From assembly GCF_009914755.1 (NCBI RefSeq), contig NC_060930.1: 64,000 bases of DNA; one strand, written 5' to 3'. Source of the stretch: the human T2T-CHM13v2.0 reference genome, Homo sapiens. Below, in pieces: positions 15,236-32,967 of this stretch. The translations under genes and the position numbers were made by a program. How positions within the stretch are numbered: position 1 is the first letter of the stretch; the number at the start of each line of letters is the position of its first letter. Under the pieces are notes generated by a model that saw only the letters and a list, made by a program, of their open reading frames with translations, ran no database searches and was not told the DNA's origin.

Positions 15236-15894
15236 ACAGCCCATCAGTTGTAAAATGCCTAATGGATGACTGGGAAGAAGAGAAAGGAGGGTTGAGGGAA
15301 GACACAGAGAACAAGGAGTAGAAAGCTGGAAACAGGGAAAACAATTCTGAAAGCTTTGCTGAGGGCTTCCCCTATTTATATTCAACTTTTCCAGAGTCAT
15401 GAACCCTTTAAGGAAATGCTGGCCTGAAGCAATGACTAAAGAGGGTCTTCTGCACAAGCCTGCTTCATTAGCAAAAAAAGAAATGCATTTCAGTGTGTCC
15501 GGGTATCTAAATTTTGTTCTGAACTTCATCTCTGACCTTAGCCAAGAAAGAGCTAACAAATCAGGAGGATGTGTACAGTCGCACCCCAGATCGGGTATTT
15601 GGACAGCGGACTTACATGCGACAAGAAAGATGCTGTGCCCGCTCAGCGTACCTGGACCTCTTTGTACAGGGCTCGTTTATCCAGCACACTCAACAATAGG
15701 CATTCATCCAGAACTCTCAGTTCCAAATCGTTGCTTCTTTCAAAGCAGTACTTGCTCCGCTCTTCAGAAACAAGTTTCTTTGAAAGATACAAGTGGACAC
15801 TTTGCTGACCAGTTCAACCTATGCATTGTCTCAGGTAAACTGTTTTCTTTCAGATTTTAGGACATTATGTGTGTCTCCGTGAAGAATTTGGTGA

Positions 15895-16341
<447 letters not shown>

Positions 16342-17650
16342 TGATTCTGTGGCATTCTGATTAGACTTATGACAGTCAAGAGCCCTAGCCTCCAAAACAG
16401 AAATTAAAGTTTACTCCAACACACACAAGGGGCAAGCACAAACTCTCTGGCAAAGAGTTGACAATTAAGCAGGAGCAGTAAGTCTAGAAATTCTATAATA
16501 CACAGCACAGCATGAGGCTGGCAGCAGGAACCTGGCAGGAGGCTGGGGGAGGGCAGGGCAGAACACTTCTCTGACTTGAAGAAGCAGAGGAGGTGTCTCC
16601 CGGAGGGACTCCCCCAGGAATGGAAAATTATTCCCCAAGGTGGGAACTGACTCCTGGGAAGTCCGCCAGTGCTGAGTCACCAGGTCTTTATGAAAGCCTG
16701 AAGGAAGGCTACTCTCCACAAGCTACAGTTTCACGACTCCCTAGAAAGGACTAGAGTTATTTCAGGGGGAGTGTTTTTCAAACCTTGTATTTTTAAAATA
16801 TGTATTTCAAAACAATGAAATCTTAAATTCACTTTAGTTTTATTTTAATGGATGCATTATTTCTAAGAAGAGGGAGAAAAGAGAATCCTATGATCAAGCA
16901 AACAGTTGCAAAGGGTGCTCCAGCTCCTGACAGGCTGGGAATTTGGAATCACTGCCCCAGAGAAGCAAATGCTAGATAAATGCTGAATTGGCAAATTCTT
17001 CAGATGCTTTTTTATTTTTATTTTTTTAAATAAAGAACTATAGTGTCTCTTTTCAACAATTTTACCCTATGCCTGCCTCCCAGCCTCCTGGACTCCCCCA
17101 CCCCATCTTTTGTGCCTTGTCTTGTGCTACTTCATCACCAACAAATTTCTCCTCAGCCTTCCAATTCCCTCCTGCAGAAGTGGACACAAATTTGCAGGAG
17201 ACTAACTTTGCAGGGACAGAAAAGCCCAACTAAGCAAAACATTCTAAGCTTTCAAAAGGAGCTGGCCAGAAGCTCTTCATGTAGGAAATTTATTGCCAAT
17301 TACACAATCTCACTATTGGTATCAGCAGTGGAGCACTTGAAGGGCAGGAAACCAATTCTGACTTTAAAAATAAAATCCAGAGGGGAAAAAATCAGCCTGA
17401 TGCTTCTGATGCACATTAAAATTGTGTGATTTTTTTTCCTAATAGACATAATAATATTATTTCTAATAACGAAGGGGAATGGCATTATTCTCTCTTTTAG
17501 AGTGTTCAGATTTGGAATACCATTCTTTGTGTTAGGGATCGAAAATTCTGTTTGAAAGTTCTATTCCTGTCCTTTCAACCATATTCTCTTTTGCTCTTCT
17601 CTTTTGTCATTAAACAAACAAAACACCAAACCTGTGTCATCTCTTGCATC

Positions 17651-17985
<335 letters not shown>

Positions 17986-18049
17986 GCAATCCCACTTTGC
18001 AAACTGGTCAGTGAGAACTTCCAGGAGCAGACAACACTGCAACCTTGGT

Positions 18050-18230
18050 CAGTGTCAAGGCCCTGGGGTCAGGCTGCCGAGAGTCAGTCCTGACACTGAA
18101 CTAGGCAAGTGGTTTAACCTCACTCTACCTCAGTTTTTTCATTGGCAAAATGGGGACAGTCAGTACACCTATCTCATGTCGGGTGAATTAAATTAAAGAA
18201 TCCAGGTAAAGTGTTCGGCACCATGCCTGA
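18050..18230 (+). mobile_element. MIR
   Basis: ggcaagtggtttaacctcactctacctcagttttttcattggcaaaatgggga. Confidence 0.7.
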
Positions 18231-19580
18231 GAGCCAATCCTAACTATTACAATGATGATGGGCATCGCTATCTCCTTGTGCCCCCCAAGCAATCCCAGCT
18301 CATCTCTGAGCAATTCCTCTGCTTCTCCTGAAGGGCTCTGGACAAAGGCAAAGGAACATCCTCCTCTGGGAGGGAAGCTTTGGCTGTCAAATAAATAAAA
18401 TATAGAATAACAAATAATTAAATAACAATTTGAAAAAGAATGTTGACATTTACACTAAGGGTGACCTGGTCCAATTGTTACTGGAGTTTTTATGTTCCAT
18501 GTGTTGTATTTTTTTATTTGCTCAGTTTATTTATTTATTTATAGAAATAAAGCATTTTAAGTTTTATTTGCAGGCTTAAAATGCCCTTTTTTTGGTCACA
18601 GAGGAAACAAGTTTGCTTCAAAATCTGATTCTTTATCTAAATAAACTCACCAAATGACTAGTTGGCATTACACAGAAGTGGCACAAAAGATAGTTGAATC
18701 TCAAGAAAATTGATGTCTCTCATTCAGTAGCAAAATCAACCATTTTGACCATTGGTAGAGAACCAAGCTAGTTGTGAATGCTCATCTCTTCACCAAGCAT
18801 GAAGCCCTATCTGCCTCTGCATTTCCAGAAGGTCCCCAAGGTTTTCCACCTTGAAGGTGGGGCTCACCTGAGCCTAGGGGAACCTGCTTCTCATGTGTAT
18901 GCCCTCCCAAGCCTACAGGGTATTTGGTGGTTGAGTTCTCTTCCTACAAAAACCAAAATGGTGAAGGGTCTGGGGTGTGGACCAGTTTAAAGGAAAGGCA
19001 GAGCAGAAGTGGGCTGACATGCTCATCGCATGAGCCTTCCACGGTCTATGGCATTCTTCTCATTCTTTTGTAGAATTGTCTATAGAATGAGTTTTACTTA
19101 TACTGTGAGTCTAAGCATGCAATCTTGCCACTAATGCTTCACACAATTACTACCACCCACCATGAGGTAAGAATCCCATACTCCTTCCTTAGGTTCCCAA
19201 GAACTAATAACTTAAAAAGGAAATGATTCACAAAGTCTTCATTTTACCCCATCTAGGCATGTGTGGATTGTTTTGCCTATTGCTTTTGATCTCTTTGTTA
19301 GTCTAATACTGACAAGCATTTATCTGTTCATTCACTTTGGAAATGAAGCTTGAATCTTACATGTCCTGGCTTTCTTAAGCAAGATAAAGTTAAGAAAATG
19401 CTTTAAACAAAGGAAAAGCTAACAAGGTTATGGTAAAATAGAGACTAAGAAATTGACATGTTAGCACTCAGTGGTGAGATTTTACCTAACCAAATCCATC
19501 CCCTCTAAAATAGAGATAATAGTATCAGCCTGACTGGTATAGCTATTCTTGGGGGTGGGGGCGGGGGGGAAAGCAAAAGG

Positions 19581-19862
19581 TCCAAAACTACTTCCTAGAT
19601 CAGTGGCTTCTATAATTTTATTTTATCATTTTATTTTATTTTACCAGTTTACATGGTAAAAAGTATATATATATATATATACATCTTTACACCTTGACCG
19701 GGTGCACAGACACATAAGCTGAAACAAAAGTTTTATGAGTCAATACTTCCCTTAATTACAGGCAATACAGGATGGTATTTTCTAACTCTATTCTATTTCA
19801 TTTTAAAATGTTGATGTGACTTAGTAAATAGTTGCAGCTCACAGTTTGAAAAACCATGCCCT
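19581..19862. mobile_element. hAT-Charlie non-autonomous relic
   Basis: TIR-like ends cagtggcttct ... cacagtttgaaaaaccatg. Confidence 0.45.
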
Positions 19863-20007
19863 AGAAAATTACCTCCTGTGCAGCTGTCTAATGAAGTCAA
19901 GCAGAGTGTTCTTGAGGCAAAGGCTAGCTTTCCCATTCTCACGCAGTCCCTGCTTGCACTGCTTCTGCACTGTTTCCCAAATGCCAGTGATAATATTATT
20001 TTGACAC

Positions 20008-20643
20008 TTGTTATAAGGGTAGGGAAGACTTTATCCAAGATTACTGCAGGATGTGGTGGCTCACACCTATAATCCCAGCACTTTGGAGGGCCGAGGCAGG
20101 AGGATCACCTAGTAGGCCAGGAGTCTGAGACTAGCCTGGGCAACATAGGGAGACCCTCTCTCTGCCAAAAAAAAAATTGTTTTTTTAAAGGACTATTGCA
20201 ATAGGGACAGTGCAATAAGGGAGAGAGATTGGGCTCAACTCCAAATACAACAAAGACTGCTGGGGCCAAGGAACAAGATGGGGATGATTGGATGAAAAAT
20301 TACCAAGAGGACACATCAAGGGTACAGAGATTCTTGCAAAACTGACCTAACAGAATTCTTGCTAAAGGCAGGCCAAGGATATATACATCAAAAGTGAGGG
20401 ATGTTAGAAATGAAAGTGTGAAAGTGCAGTGAGAAAAGAAAATGTGGTACATAAAGAACTTGATCAGATATTAAGGGTGATCATAAATCAAGGGTGAGGG
20501 ATTCTTGCTAAACTGACTTAACAGGATTCTTGCCAAGACTGGGCAGTGCAGGCTCGGCAACGACTAAGACCAAGGCCGAAGCCTAGTCGATAAGAGAGCT
20601 CAGAGGAGCCTGACTAAGCCTTGGCCAAGGAGAGTCTTTGCCA
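20008..20643 (-). mobile_element. MER31-like ERV1 LTR interrupted by an Alu monomer
   Basis: Reverse complement starts tggcaaagactctccttggccaaggcttagtcaggctcctctgagc; internal gattcttgctaaactgac repeats. Confidence 0.7.
20048..20177 (+). mobile_element. Alu monomer (FLAM_C or AluJ left arm)
   Basis: gtggtggctcacacctataatcccagcac...gggcaacatagggagacc plus poly-A. Confidence 0.88.
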
Positions 20644-20850
20644 CCAGCTGTGGTAAACACAAAGATGGAAATGACTTTGTTTTTACTACGGGAGGAAAAA
20701 ACTCTCAGATACTGAAGTTGTCTTGCAGAAAGCAGGATTACCTAATGGTTCAAAGCATGGCCTTTGGGACTTCTAACTAAACATAGCAGATTGACCTCCA
20801 GAGGCAGGAAAGGAATTAAAAGACATCAGAAGAAGAGATCTCAGCAGGTG

Positions 20851-20851
<1 letters not shown>

Positions 20852-20882
<31 letters not shown>
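20852..20882. repeat. (TTA)n microsatellite
   Basis: Direct reading. Confidence 0.9.
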
Positions 20883-21589
20883 TTGGAAGATGGAAAGCAG
20901 ATAAAGAAATGGTACAGATTTAGGAGTAAGTTGTGAGCTAGGGTGCCTGCAAGGGGAAGGGGGAGAAGAGGGTGTGAGAAGAGGCCAGTCCTCTTCCAGG
21001 ACTCTGAGAGCATAAGCTAAGGCACCAGATGCCTTAAAAGACAGGTGCAAGGCTTGGGTGTGAAATAGGGGAGCAGAGTGAAAGTCAGAACATGGTCTAG
21101 TTCGATCTCCATGTGCCCTTTTCTCCCTTTGACCGCAGCAACTACCCTCCAGCCCATGCATACTACTTCACTTCCACCCGACCCCAGCCTGGGACTGGCA
21201 ATTACACTCTGGGAGAAATTAACCTGAAATTCTCTAGACTTGGGGTCATCACACACAGTGTAAAGTAGGGGTCAATAAAACTGAAGGGACGGGGGATAGG
21301 GGTAAGTTTGCACAGTGGAGACTGAGACACACAGGGATCCCCACTTCGTCACCTCCCCCTGCCCCCGCTCACAGCTAGCATTTTACCAACCAGGGTACAG
21401 ATATAGACATTAGTTCCCTGGATAGACTAAATGGTCCTGGAAAAATAAAAATAAAAAAGGATTCCTTTAGATATTGAAATATGGGAGTCCCCACAAAAAT
21501 GTCCCGCTCACCACTAACCCTACTTTGATACCCACCAGTTAAAAGCCCAACCTTGAAAACACAGAGCTTCCAAGTAGCTAAGGGTCTCT

Positions 21590-23790
<2,201 letters not shown>

Positions 23791-23799
23791 AAACAGAGT

Positions 23800-24125
23800 G
23801 CAGTACCTAGCACTGACAGTAGCAGGCAGTCATTGCCACCTCTAGGCATGAGAGCTCAAGGGCAAGGTAGGAGCAATTTCTAGAACCTAAGAGAGCGGCT
23901 ATATGGAGAGCACTGCCTGCCAGAAGAGGAGGAAGGGGCTTATCTAGGAGAGTAAACACTCTGGCCCCTGCATCTTCCTCCAATCCAGTCTCCTGCCAAT
24001 GTCTCTCATGAGCCACACCCAACCCAGAAGCCAGTGATCAGGTAGCCTGTTCACTGCGTTCCTACAGGTCAGCCTCTTGGGAGAATGCCCAGGGTGAGAA
24101 GAATACATCTGGAAGAGGCAGATGG
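23800..24125. mobile_element. Old MaLR LTR (MLT1-type) fragment
   Basis: cccaacccagaagccag...cctacaggtcagcctcttggg...atctggaagaggcagatgg. Confidence 0.45.
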
Positions 24126-24408
24126 TGTCCAGTAGAGAGAGACAAAACTTCATCACCGGAAGATGCCAAATGTCTCAAATCAACACATCAATAAAAATTG
24201 CCGTTCTCCTATTACATGTAGAATTGAACTGGCTAACATTTGGAAGTGGCTGCCTCTGGGGAGCAGGAAGAATTGGGAGAAGGTGGGCAAGAAAACGCTG
24301 TTTTTCATAAATCTTAAACTAGTTGATTGTTAAAATATTTATGTATATTGCCTGATTAGGAAAAAATAGCAAAATATTGTAAAATGTTAAAAGCCAAAAC
24401 AAACAAAC

Positions 24409-24439
<31 letters not shown>

Positions 24440-24489
24440 TCAGCAGGCACAAGGAGGGGAAGAAATGTGCCAGCTTTGTCACTAAGATA

Positions 24490-24650
24490 GACCCCATGGA
24501 TTTGAATCTGTCTAGCTGTGGGGCCCTGGGTCACTCACTTTCCCTCTCTGGCCTTAGTTTTTACAGCTGTAAAACAAAAATAGCATTTCCAACCTCAGAG
24601 AGATTTGAATGAGATGATGTATAAAAGCATTTGGTACAAAACGAGCCCTT
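24490..24650 (+). mobile_element. MIR
   Basis: tcactttccctctctggccttagtttttacagctgtaaaa...aatgagatgatgtataaaagc. Confidence 0.6.
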
Positions 24651-26039
24651 AGATAATGAGATGCACAGAATAAAAAAGAGAGGGAGCGTGTATGAAAGTC
24701 ACTAAAAGACAATAGATATCTTTATCATTGGTTTGCTTCTGTCTTTTCTACCTTCCCTTGAAACCTCAACAGCTAACAGAGTCTGGCTCATGGCAAATGC
24801 TCAGTGAAAATCTGTTGGAGGAGAGAGTAGAAGACAGCCCTAGAGGACTTTTCTGCCTTACTCCTCCATTTGCTGTAACAGGCCAGATCCAAGGGCCTTG
24901 GGATCTGCCTCTCAAAGTTTCACCTTGAGCCTGCCCTTGCAGTCAGTCACTCCCCTGATAGCCCCAGCCCACCTCCTGGCTGCCCACCTCCCTGCAGCTG
25001 GCTCCTAGACCATCATAACCCTGTTTTGCATGTGGAGCTTCTCAGAGTCATGCCCCATCCCTGAAGCGTCTCCCAGCTTGTATACACATTCCCTCCACTC
25101 ATCACTCTGGAGCCTTTTTTGTGGGATGATGAACCAAGTAAAGGAGCCGGGGCTGGTCCCTGTGGGACTGGTACATTGGAAAGACTGTTGATGCTCTGCC
25201 AATGGCTTCACCACAAATGCCCAGGGATGCTTTTTCAACACAGTGATGGCAAGATTGAAGAAGCACAGTGAAGCATAGAAGAGACCCCTGTGGCTCAGTC
25301 ACAGGGTCAGAGAGTCAGGCCGTCCTGACTGCACCCCTGCTCATACTTCCAGGAGTGCTCCAAGGACAGGTTCTGATTTCACCTTCATGCAGCTCCCTGG
25401 CCACACATGCTTCTCCACTGGGTGCAATGCTCTGGTGGGAGGAAATGAAGTCCTTTGAATTCTTTACTCATTAATACCTATTCCCCATGCGGGACACATT
25501 TTTATGGCCTACCAGTGGCCAGTCCCCTTTCATTAATAACAGAACCCTCGTGTATGGCAGTGAGTGCCCTTTTGCAGTCATAGACCGTGGAGTCATCATG
25601 TGATCAAGGCCTGCCTCTAGGGAAGGTCCCTCTCCCTGATGAGAGAGGTTCAGGGGGAGGAAGCCCTTTGCCAAGTCTCCCTCGTCTCCTGCTTGGGTTT
25701 CCACGGTGTGCGAGGAAACATGGTGGTCATCTTTGACTAGAAAGCAGGATGTTGCTGACACGCCAAAAATGGTAGAGTAGTAAGACAGAAAGAGCCTCCA
25801 CCCTTGGGGTTATCACAGAGCCACAGAATTCACCCTGGGCCATTCCTAGTGCTCTAAGTCAAGGGTCATGGGATCTTCAGCTGGTTGCAGCCCAAACAAT
25901 CTTTAATGATGCAATGTGTACACCATCAACAGAGACATCAAAGTCAGTTTCGTTGCTCTTGTATTGCCTGAGAGATGTGGATGCCTTTTTGTCAAAACTC
26001 AACCCTAAACTGAGGGCATTCTTATTTTTTGTTTATTTA

Positions 26040-26173
26040 TTTATTATTATTATTTTTAGAGATGAGGTCTCGCTATGTTACCCAGGCTGGACTTGAATTC
26101 TTGGGCTCAAGCAATCCTCCTGCCTCAGCCCCCTGAGTAGCTGGGACTATATGCATGCACCTCCATGCCCAGC
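26040..26173 (-). mobile_element. Alu monomer (FLAM)
   Basis: agagatgaggtctcgctatgttacccaggctgg...catgcccagct. Confidence 0.88.
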
Positions 26174-26737
26174 TCAGGACATTCTTGCAAGGGCAACTAT
26201 GATGTCTGTGGGTGGAACCAGATGACTTTGATCCCAAGAAAGGGCTCAGGCAGTCAGGCATGCACATTTGCAGCCTGAAGGCCACACACAATGATAGGAG
26301 GCAATGGAGCTTACCTTCCTTCCCTGCCCATAAACCTGATGTCACCCTGTGAGTCCTACGGATGTGAGTCACTTTGCTCTTATGATTCTGAAAGAGGGTT
26401 TGTGGAGAGGCTTCCTCGGGAGGCTGGAAAGAGAGGGGCAGGTCTCTTCCCTGCCATGATGCCAGCAAGCACTGCAGAAGTGGGACCCAGCAAGTGAGTC
26501 TTCCTGGGCGGGAGCAAAAACCTTCCTAGTTGCTACCTTTGGCCTAGTTATATGGAGAGGAGATACCACCTGGATTCTATCCTTTATCTCACCAGTGGTG
26601 CCTGGAAGGCTTCAGATTTGCAGCGTGCTTTGAAATGGTTGATTTTCTTCCTAACAGACGGGTACAAGAACCCCTCTTCAGTGCTTCCAGAAGAAATCAT
26701 GTGAAAGAATACAGTCAGCCCTCTCAGGATAATGGAG

Positions 26738-26915
26738 ACAAGTTCTCACATATTGGTGGGCACACGCATGACCTAGGGAGCTTGTTTAACAGGCAGGTTC
26801 TGGGCCTCAGCACTAGTACTTTAATTCAGGAAATCGAGGCAAGGGCCCAGGAATCTCCTTTTGAAATAAACCCTGCATGTCCTTCAACACAAGGTCATCA
26901 GACCATTGAAAAATA
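26738..26915. mobile_element. MER5-like hAT-Charlie element
   Basis: gttctca...cctagggagcttgtttaa...ggttctgggcc...gggcccaggaatct. Confidence 0.55.
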
Positions 26916-26980
26916 GATAGAAATGATTGAAATCCATTGATTATTCAGGAAGTTTCATTTTGGGCAATGATCTTTTCTCC

Positions 26981-27268
26981 TTTTTTTTTTTTTTTTTTTT
27001 GAGACAGGGTCTCGCCCTGCTGCCCAGGCTGGAGTGAAGTGGTGTGATCACCACTCACTGAAGCCTCACCCTCCCAGGCTCAAGCAATCCTCCTGCTTCA
27101 GCTTCCTGAGTAGCTGGGACTACATGTGCACACTACTACACCCCACTAATTTGTTTTTAATTTTCTGTAGAGGCAGGGTCTCACTATGTTGTCCAGGCTG
27201 ATCTCAAACTCTTGGCCTCAAGGGATCCTCCTGTCTGGGGCTCCTAAAGTGCTGGGATTACAGGTGTG
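26981..27268 (-). mobile_element. AluJ
   Basis: AluJ diagnostics gctcaagcaatcctcc and gtctcactatgttgtccagg. Confidence 0.93.
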
Positions 27269-29424
27269 TACTTGAATGTTATCCATTAACTCTCTCTTCC
27301 CAGCCCCTCCTTCCTCAAACCCTATATACCTCACCCATTTCTAATTTTCATACCAGAATTACTAAAATGTAGTGGCGTGACCCTAGGTATGAGAATTGTT
27401 CTTGCATCCCACAATTTATGCCATCTGAACTCTTTATCAAGTATACGCTGTCTCCCTCAGACACATTCCACAGCCATCTGCGGAGCACGTGCTGGGGGCT
27501 CAGAAACCATCAGGGCCTCAGTCCTTCATCTTCTCCGGGTTCCTTTTTCTGGTTTATCTTGCCTCCATTCACCTTTACCATCTCAACGCCACTCCTTGGG
27601 AGCATCCAAATCCCTCCCCTCCCAGATCAGTTACCCAGTGCCCAGACCCAAGTCCTTGTGCCAGTCTTATTCCACTTGCTCTCCCTTCTCGTCTCACGCT
27701 TTCCCGCTGTAGTCACTCTCGCCTGAGATCTGGATAGCTCCTCTGCACCAACCATCTGCCCACCCCCGGCACCTCAAACTCAACAACTCCCTCCCTCCCC
27801 AGCAACTCCTCCTGGGTTTCCTGTTTTCTGATTCTGACACACCTACTTTACCTGGGTCAAGACCTTGGAGTAACATTTGATGCTTTTTTTTTACCCGATT
27901 TAATTCCTTACCAAATTTGACTCACTTGTTTTCTGTTTCTCTCCCCTCTGTCCCTTTCATTTGCATCATGATCTTTGTGCTTGTCTCGAATTCAATTCTA
28001 GTCAAGCCTCTGGTTGCAAGAAAGAAATAACCAGTCAACCTAAGGGGGTTATGAAAAGGCAGAGGCACATCTCACTGACACACAATGGAAATACAAGGGG
28101 CCTCATAGGAAACAAGATTAGACCTGGGAAGGTGTTGAGGCAGCTGTGCTTCCAGTTGTTTTTTTTGCCTCCTCTGGGGCCATGTGGTTTCTTACCTGGA
28201 TCTCTTTCTGCAGATTTGGCCTGTTCCCCTGCCTTTCTAGCTTGTTTATGTCCCCAGATGATTATCCCAACCCCTCATGACCTTCCCGTGCAACTGTTCT
28301 CCAGTCTAAATACAGCTTTGGTCACTTGCTCAGATTCGGAAAGGAGAGGTTCAGTGGACACTGGCCAGCCAATGGATTGCACTGGCCTCACCAGGAGCCC
28401 AGCTTTAATGCTTTAATACCAGGCAGAATCATGGTATTAACATCGATTCCTGGGTGTGGTCCTTCAGCAGCAGCTATTGGGAAGGTGCATTCCAGATGGG
28501 CTGTTTGGGGGTTCCCTGTTATAGTCTACTGCAGTGCTTCCTAGAAGCTGGGTGAAGGACCGGTGGCATGTCCAGAACGAAGTTCTTGCCTTTTTGTGAT
28601 GAAATGAGAAAAACAAGCATGTAAGTATGTGAGCGTGTGCATGTGTGTGTTGGGAGGAGAAATGATATGTTAATATAAAGCCCCAGATGTCCTTTTTGGG
28701 AAATACTGTCTACACAGCAACAACATCCTTCCTGCTTAGGGAAGCTAGCATGTCCTTTTATTTACAAAGTGATAGTGGGACTAGGTGGTTGTTCTTATTG
28801 TTATTGTTGTCTATGCCCTTATTTGGCAAAAATAGAATATTGGGACACTTAGGTCAATCTCTTCAAGTTTTGAGGGGAAACTTGGCTGGTTCATGAAATC
28901 CAAATGTCTTAGAAACACTAGGCTATGTCCTGGCTCTTTTCATAGCTTCCTAAACGGTCTCTTGACCTTCCAGATCTCTTTTCCATCACATCACTGTCAC
29001 ACTAATCCCTCTAAAATGTTGCTGAATAAAGTATTTTCTTGTTTAAGTCTGCAAGGGCTTTGCAATGATTGTGAAATCGAATAGAAAGTCTTCAGCCTGT
29101 ACAAACCAGCTCCAACCTAAGGTCCCAGCCCTCTCCCATACCTCTCCCCACGCCCACCATGTGCTTCAGACAAGCTCCTCCTTGGCCCTTCTGACCCTGC
29201 CCCTCCCACCGCTGGGCCCGCTTTCCAGCCTATGCAGGTCCAGTGATAATCCCTCCATGAAGTTCTCCAATACTCAGCTAAAGTGAATCTTTCCTAACTC
29301 TAAAGTCCTTCTACTAAAACATGCATACATTCTTAGACACATATTGCGTTCTGTGTCATTTGTGGTTTTTTGTGCCATTTCCTACTTACCCCACTCATCA
29401 GAAACCCTTGAGCTGCTACGTGTG

Positions 29425-29536
29425 TGGAGGAAGCGTGGTGAAGAGGAAGTCACAGAACATGGGATCCAAAGCTTGACTCTGTTCTGGTGAATGTCACTAG
29501 GAATGTCACTTGACTGGGATGTTCCTCCATTTGTTC
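29425..29536 (+). mobile_element. MIR 5' half (continues at 30742)
   Basis: agtcacagaacatgggatccaaagcttgactctg...gtcacttgac...cctccatttgttc. Confidence 0.5.
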
Positions 29537-29574
29537 CTCTTCTCACTGGAATATATATTCCATGAAGACAGGGA

Positions 29575-29881
29575 TTTATTTTATTTTATTTTATTTTTGA
29601 GACAGAGTTTTGCTCTTGTTGCCCAGGATGGTGCACGGTGGTGCAATCTTGGCTCACCGCAACCTCCGCCTCCCAGGTTCAAGCGATCCTCCTGTCTCAG
29701 CCTCCCGAGTAGCTGCGACTACAGCAGTCTGCCACCATGCCTGGCTAATTTTTGTATTTTTAGTAGGGACAGGGTTTCACCATGTTGGTCAGGCTGGTCT
29801 TGAACTCCTGACCTCAGGTGATCCACCCATCTCGGCCTCCCAAAGTGCTGGGATTACAGGTGTGAGCTACCGCACCTGGCC
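29575..29881 (-). mobile_element. AluS abutting the pseudogene poly-A
   Basis: Full Alu reverse complement with a (TTTTA)n tail; its 5' end touches the T run at 29882. Confidence 0.95.
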
Positions 29882-30741
<860 letters not shown>

Positions 30742-30860
30742 CCATTTGTTCATCTTTAAACTGGAGATAGTAATGCCAGCTCCTCAAAGTCATTGTGAGG
30801 TGACTCAATAACCCATGCAAAGTCCCTGGAAAGCAGTTGCTGATGAATAAATGGTGGTTT
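30742..30860 (+). mobile_element. MIR 3' half
   Basis: ttgttcatctttaaactggagatagtaat...ttgtgagg...catgcaaag...aataaatg. Confidence 0.65.
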
Positions 30861-31377
30861 CCTCCCTTGCTTGCCTACAATGAAGACTTGCAAAATATTT
30901 GTCCAACTGAGAACATCTTGAATAAGTTAAAAGAGGAAAACAAATCATATTCAGATGTGAATGTGACTTGTAATTTACCTCCAGGGAAGATTCCAGGAGA
31001 AGAGTTCAAAATCACCTGAGTGACGCATCACACTGGAAAAAGTGCCCTGCTTCCCAGGTGACCTCAAAGGACAGTGCTCCCTTGGAAACATGAACCCAGG
31101 CAGGTTTTGCTTTTATTTTCAAAAAACGTCATTCCTCTGCATGGCGGCTGCACCTCATAAATGGGCCAGTTTGGCTTTTACCATCTCTCCATTCTCTGCT
31201 CAACCTTGGTAGACTCACTCGATGATCACCAAAATGGCTCAAAATCAGGCAAAAAGATTAGGAGACATAGAAATGTCTGGAGAGACCATCTGCCTCTGAA
31301 TTTCCTGCTAAGTAAGCATGAACATCTGTATTGAAGAGGCCACTTTGTATTACTTGCTGCTAAAAACACCGTAACTG

Positions 31378-31732
<355 letters not shown>

Positions 31733-31867
31733 TTATGCCAGGTTCTCTAGTAGTCAGAATTCAGGTTGAGACTACAAAATGTGTTATGGGGAAATGGGCT
31801 TAAGGGGTCATAGAAAGCACATTGATCCATGCCTAGGTGTGGAGCCCTTGCTAGGCACCAGGTGCTA

Positions 31868-32257
<390 letters not shown>

Positions 32258-32543
32258 TGAGGAAACGAAAGCATCGAGAGGCTGACTAAATTACCCAAGG
32301 TTGCAGAGCGAGTGCGTGGAACAGCAGGATTTGCACCCAGGCAGTTGAGCTCCGGGGTTCACCTTCTTTATCACTACCCCATTGGGCACCTGGTAACAGA
32401 TGGTTCCCCCCAGAGGCCATCATCTGGGGTCCTACCTGCCTGAAAGTGTCCACAGTCTTCACATTTGGTCTCATTTCCAGAGGGGGAAGAAATGAAGACA
32501 GCATGAGGTGCAAAGAATGATCTGTTCCATGCCTCAAGCCCAT

Positions 32544-32967
32544 TGATATGGTCTGGGTCTGTGTCCCTGTCAAATCTCATGTAAAATTGTAATCCCCAGT
32601 GTTGGAAGTGGGGCCTGGCGGGAAGTATTTGGATCACGAGGGCAGATCATTCATGAATGGCTTAAAGCCATCCCCTTGGTGATGAGTGAGTTCTTTGAAG
32701 AGCTGGTTGTTTAAAAGTGCGTGGCACCTCCTCCCTCCCTCTCTGTTGCTTCCACTCTGGCCGTGTGATGTGCCCGTGTATGTGCCTGATCCTGCTTCAC
32801 CTTCTGCCGTGAGTAAAACTTCCTGAGGCTTTGCCAGAAACCAAGCAGATGCTGGTGCCATGCTTCTTGTACACCCTGCAGAACTGTGAGCCAATTAAAC
32901 CTCTTCTCTTTATAGATTACCCAGTCTCAGGTATGCCTTCATAGCAATGCAAGATTGGCCTAACATA
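32544..32967 (+). mobile_element. Full-length MSTA/MSTB MaLR solo LTR
   Basis: tgatatggt start, aattaaacctctt...atagcaatgcaagattggcctaacata end, 5-bp TSD cccat. Confidence 0.92.

Noticed and set aside
15399-15860. 153-aa ORF as a novel gene
   Set aside because: No recognisable homology; an ORF of this length is plausible by chance in 64 kb
20325-20540. Direct repeats gattcttgc(t/a)aaactgac
   Set aside because: Most likely intrinsic to the MER31-like LTR
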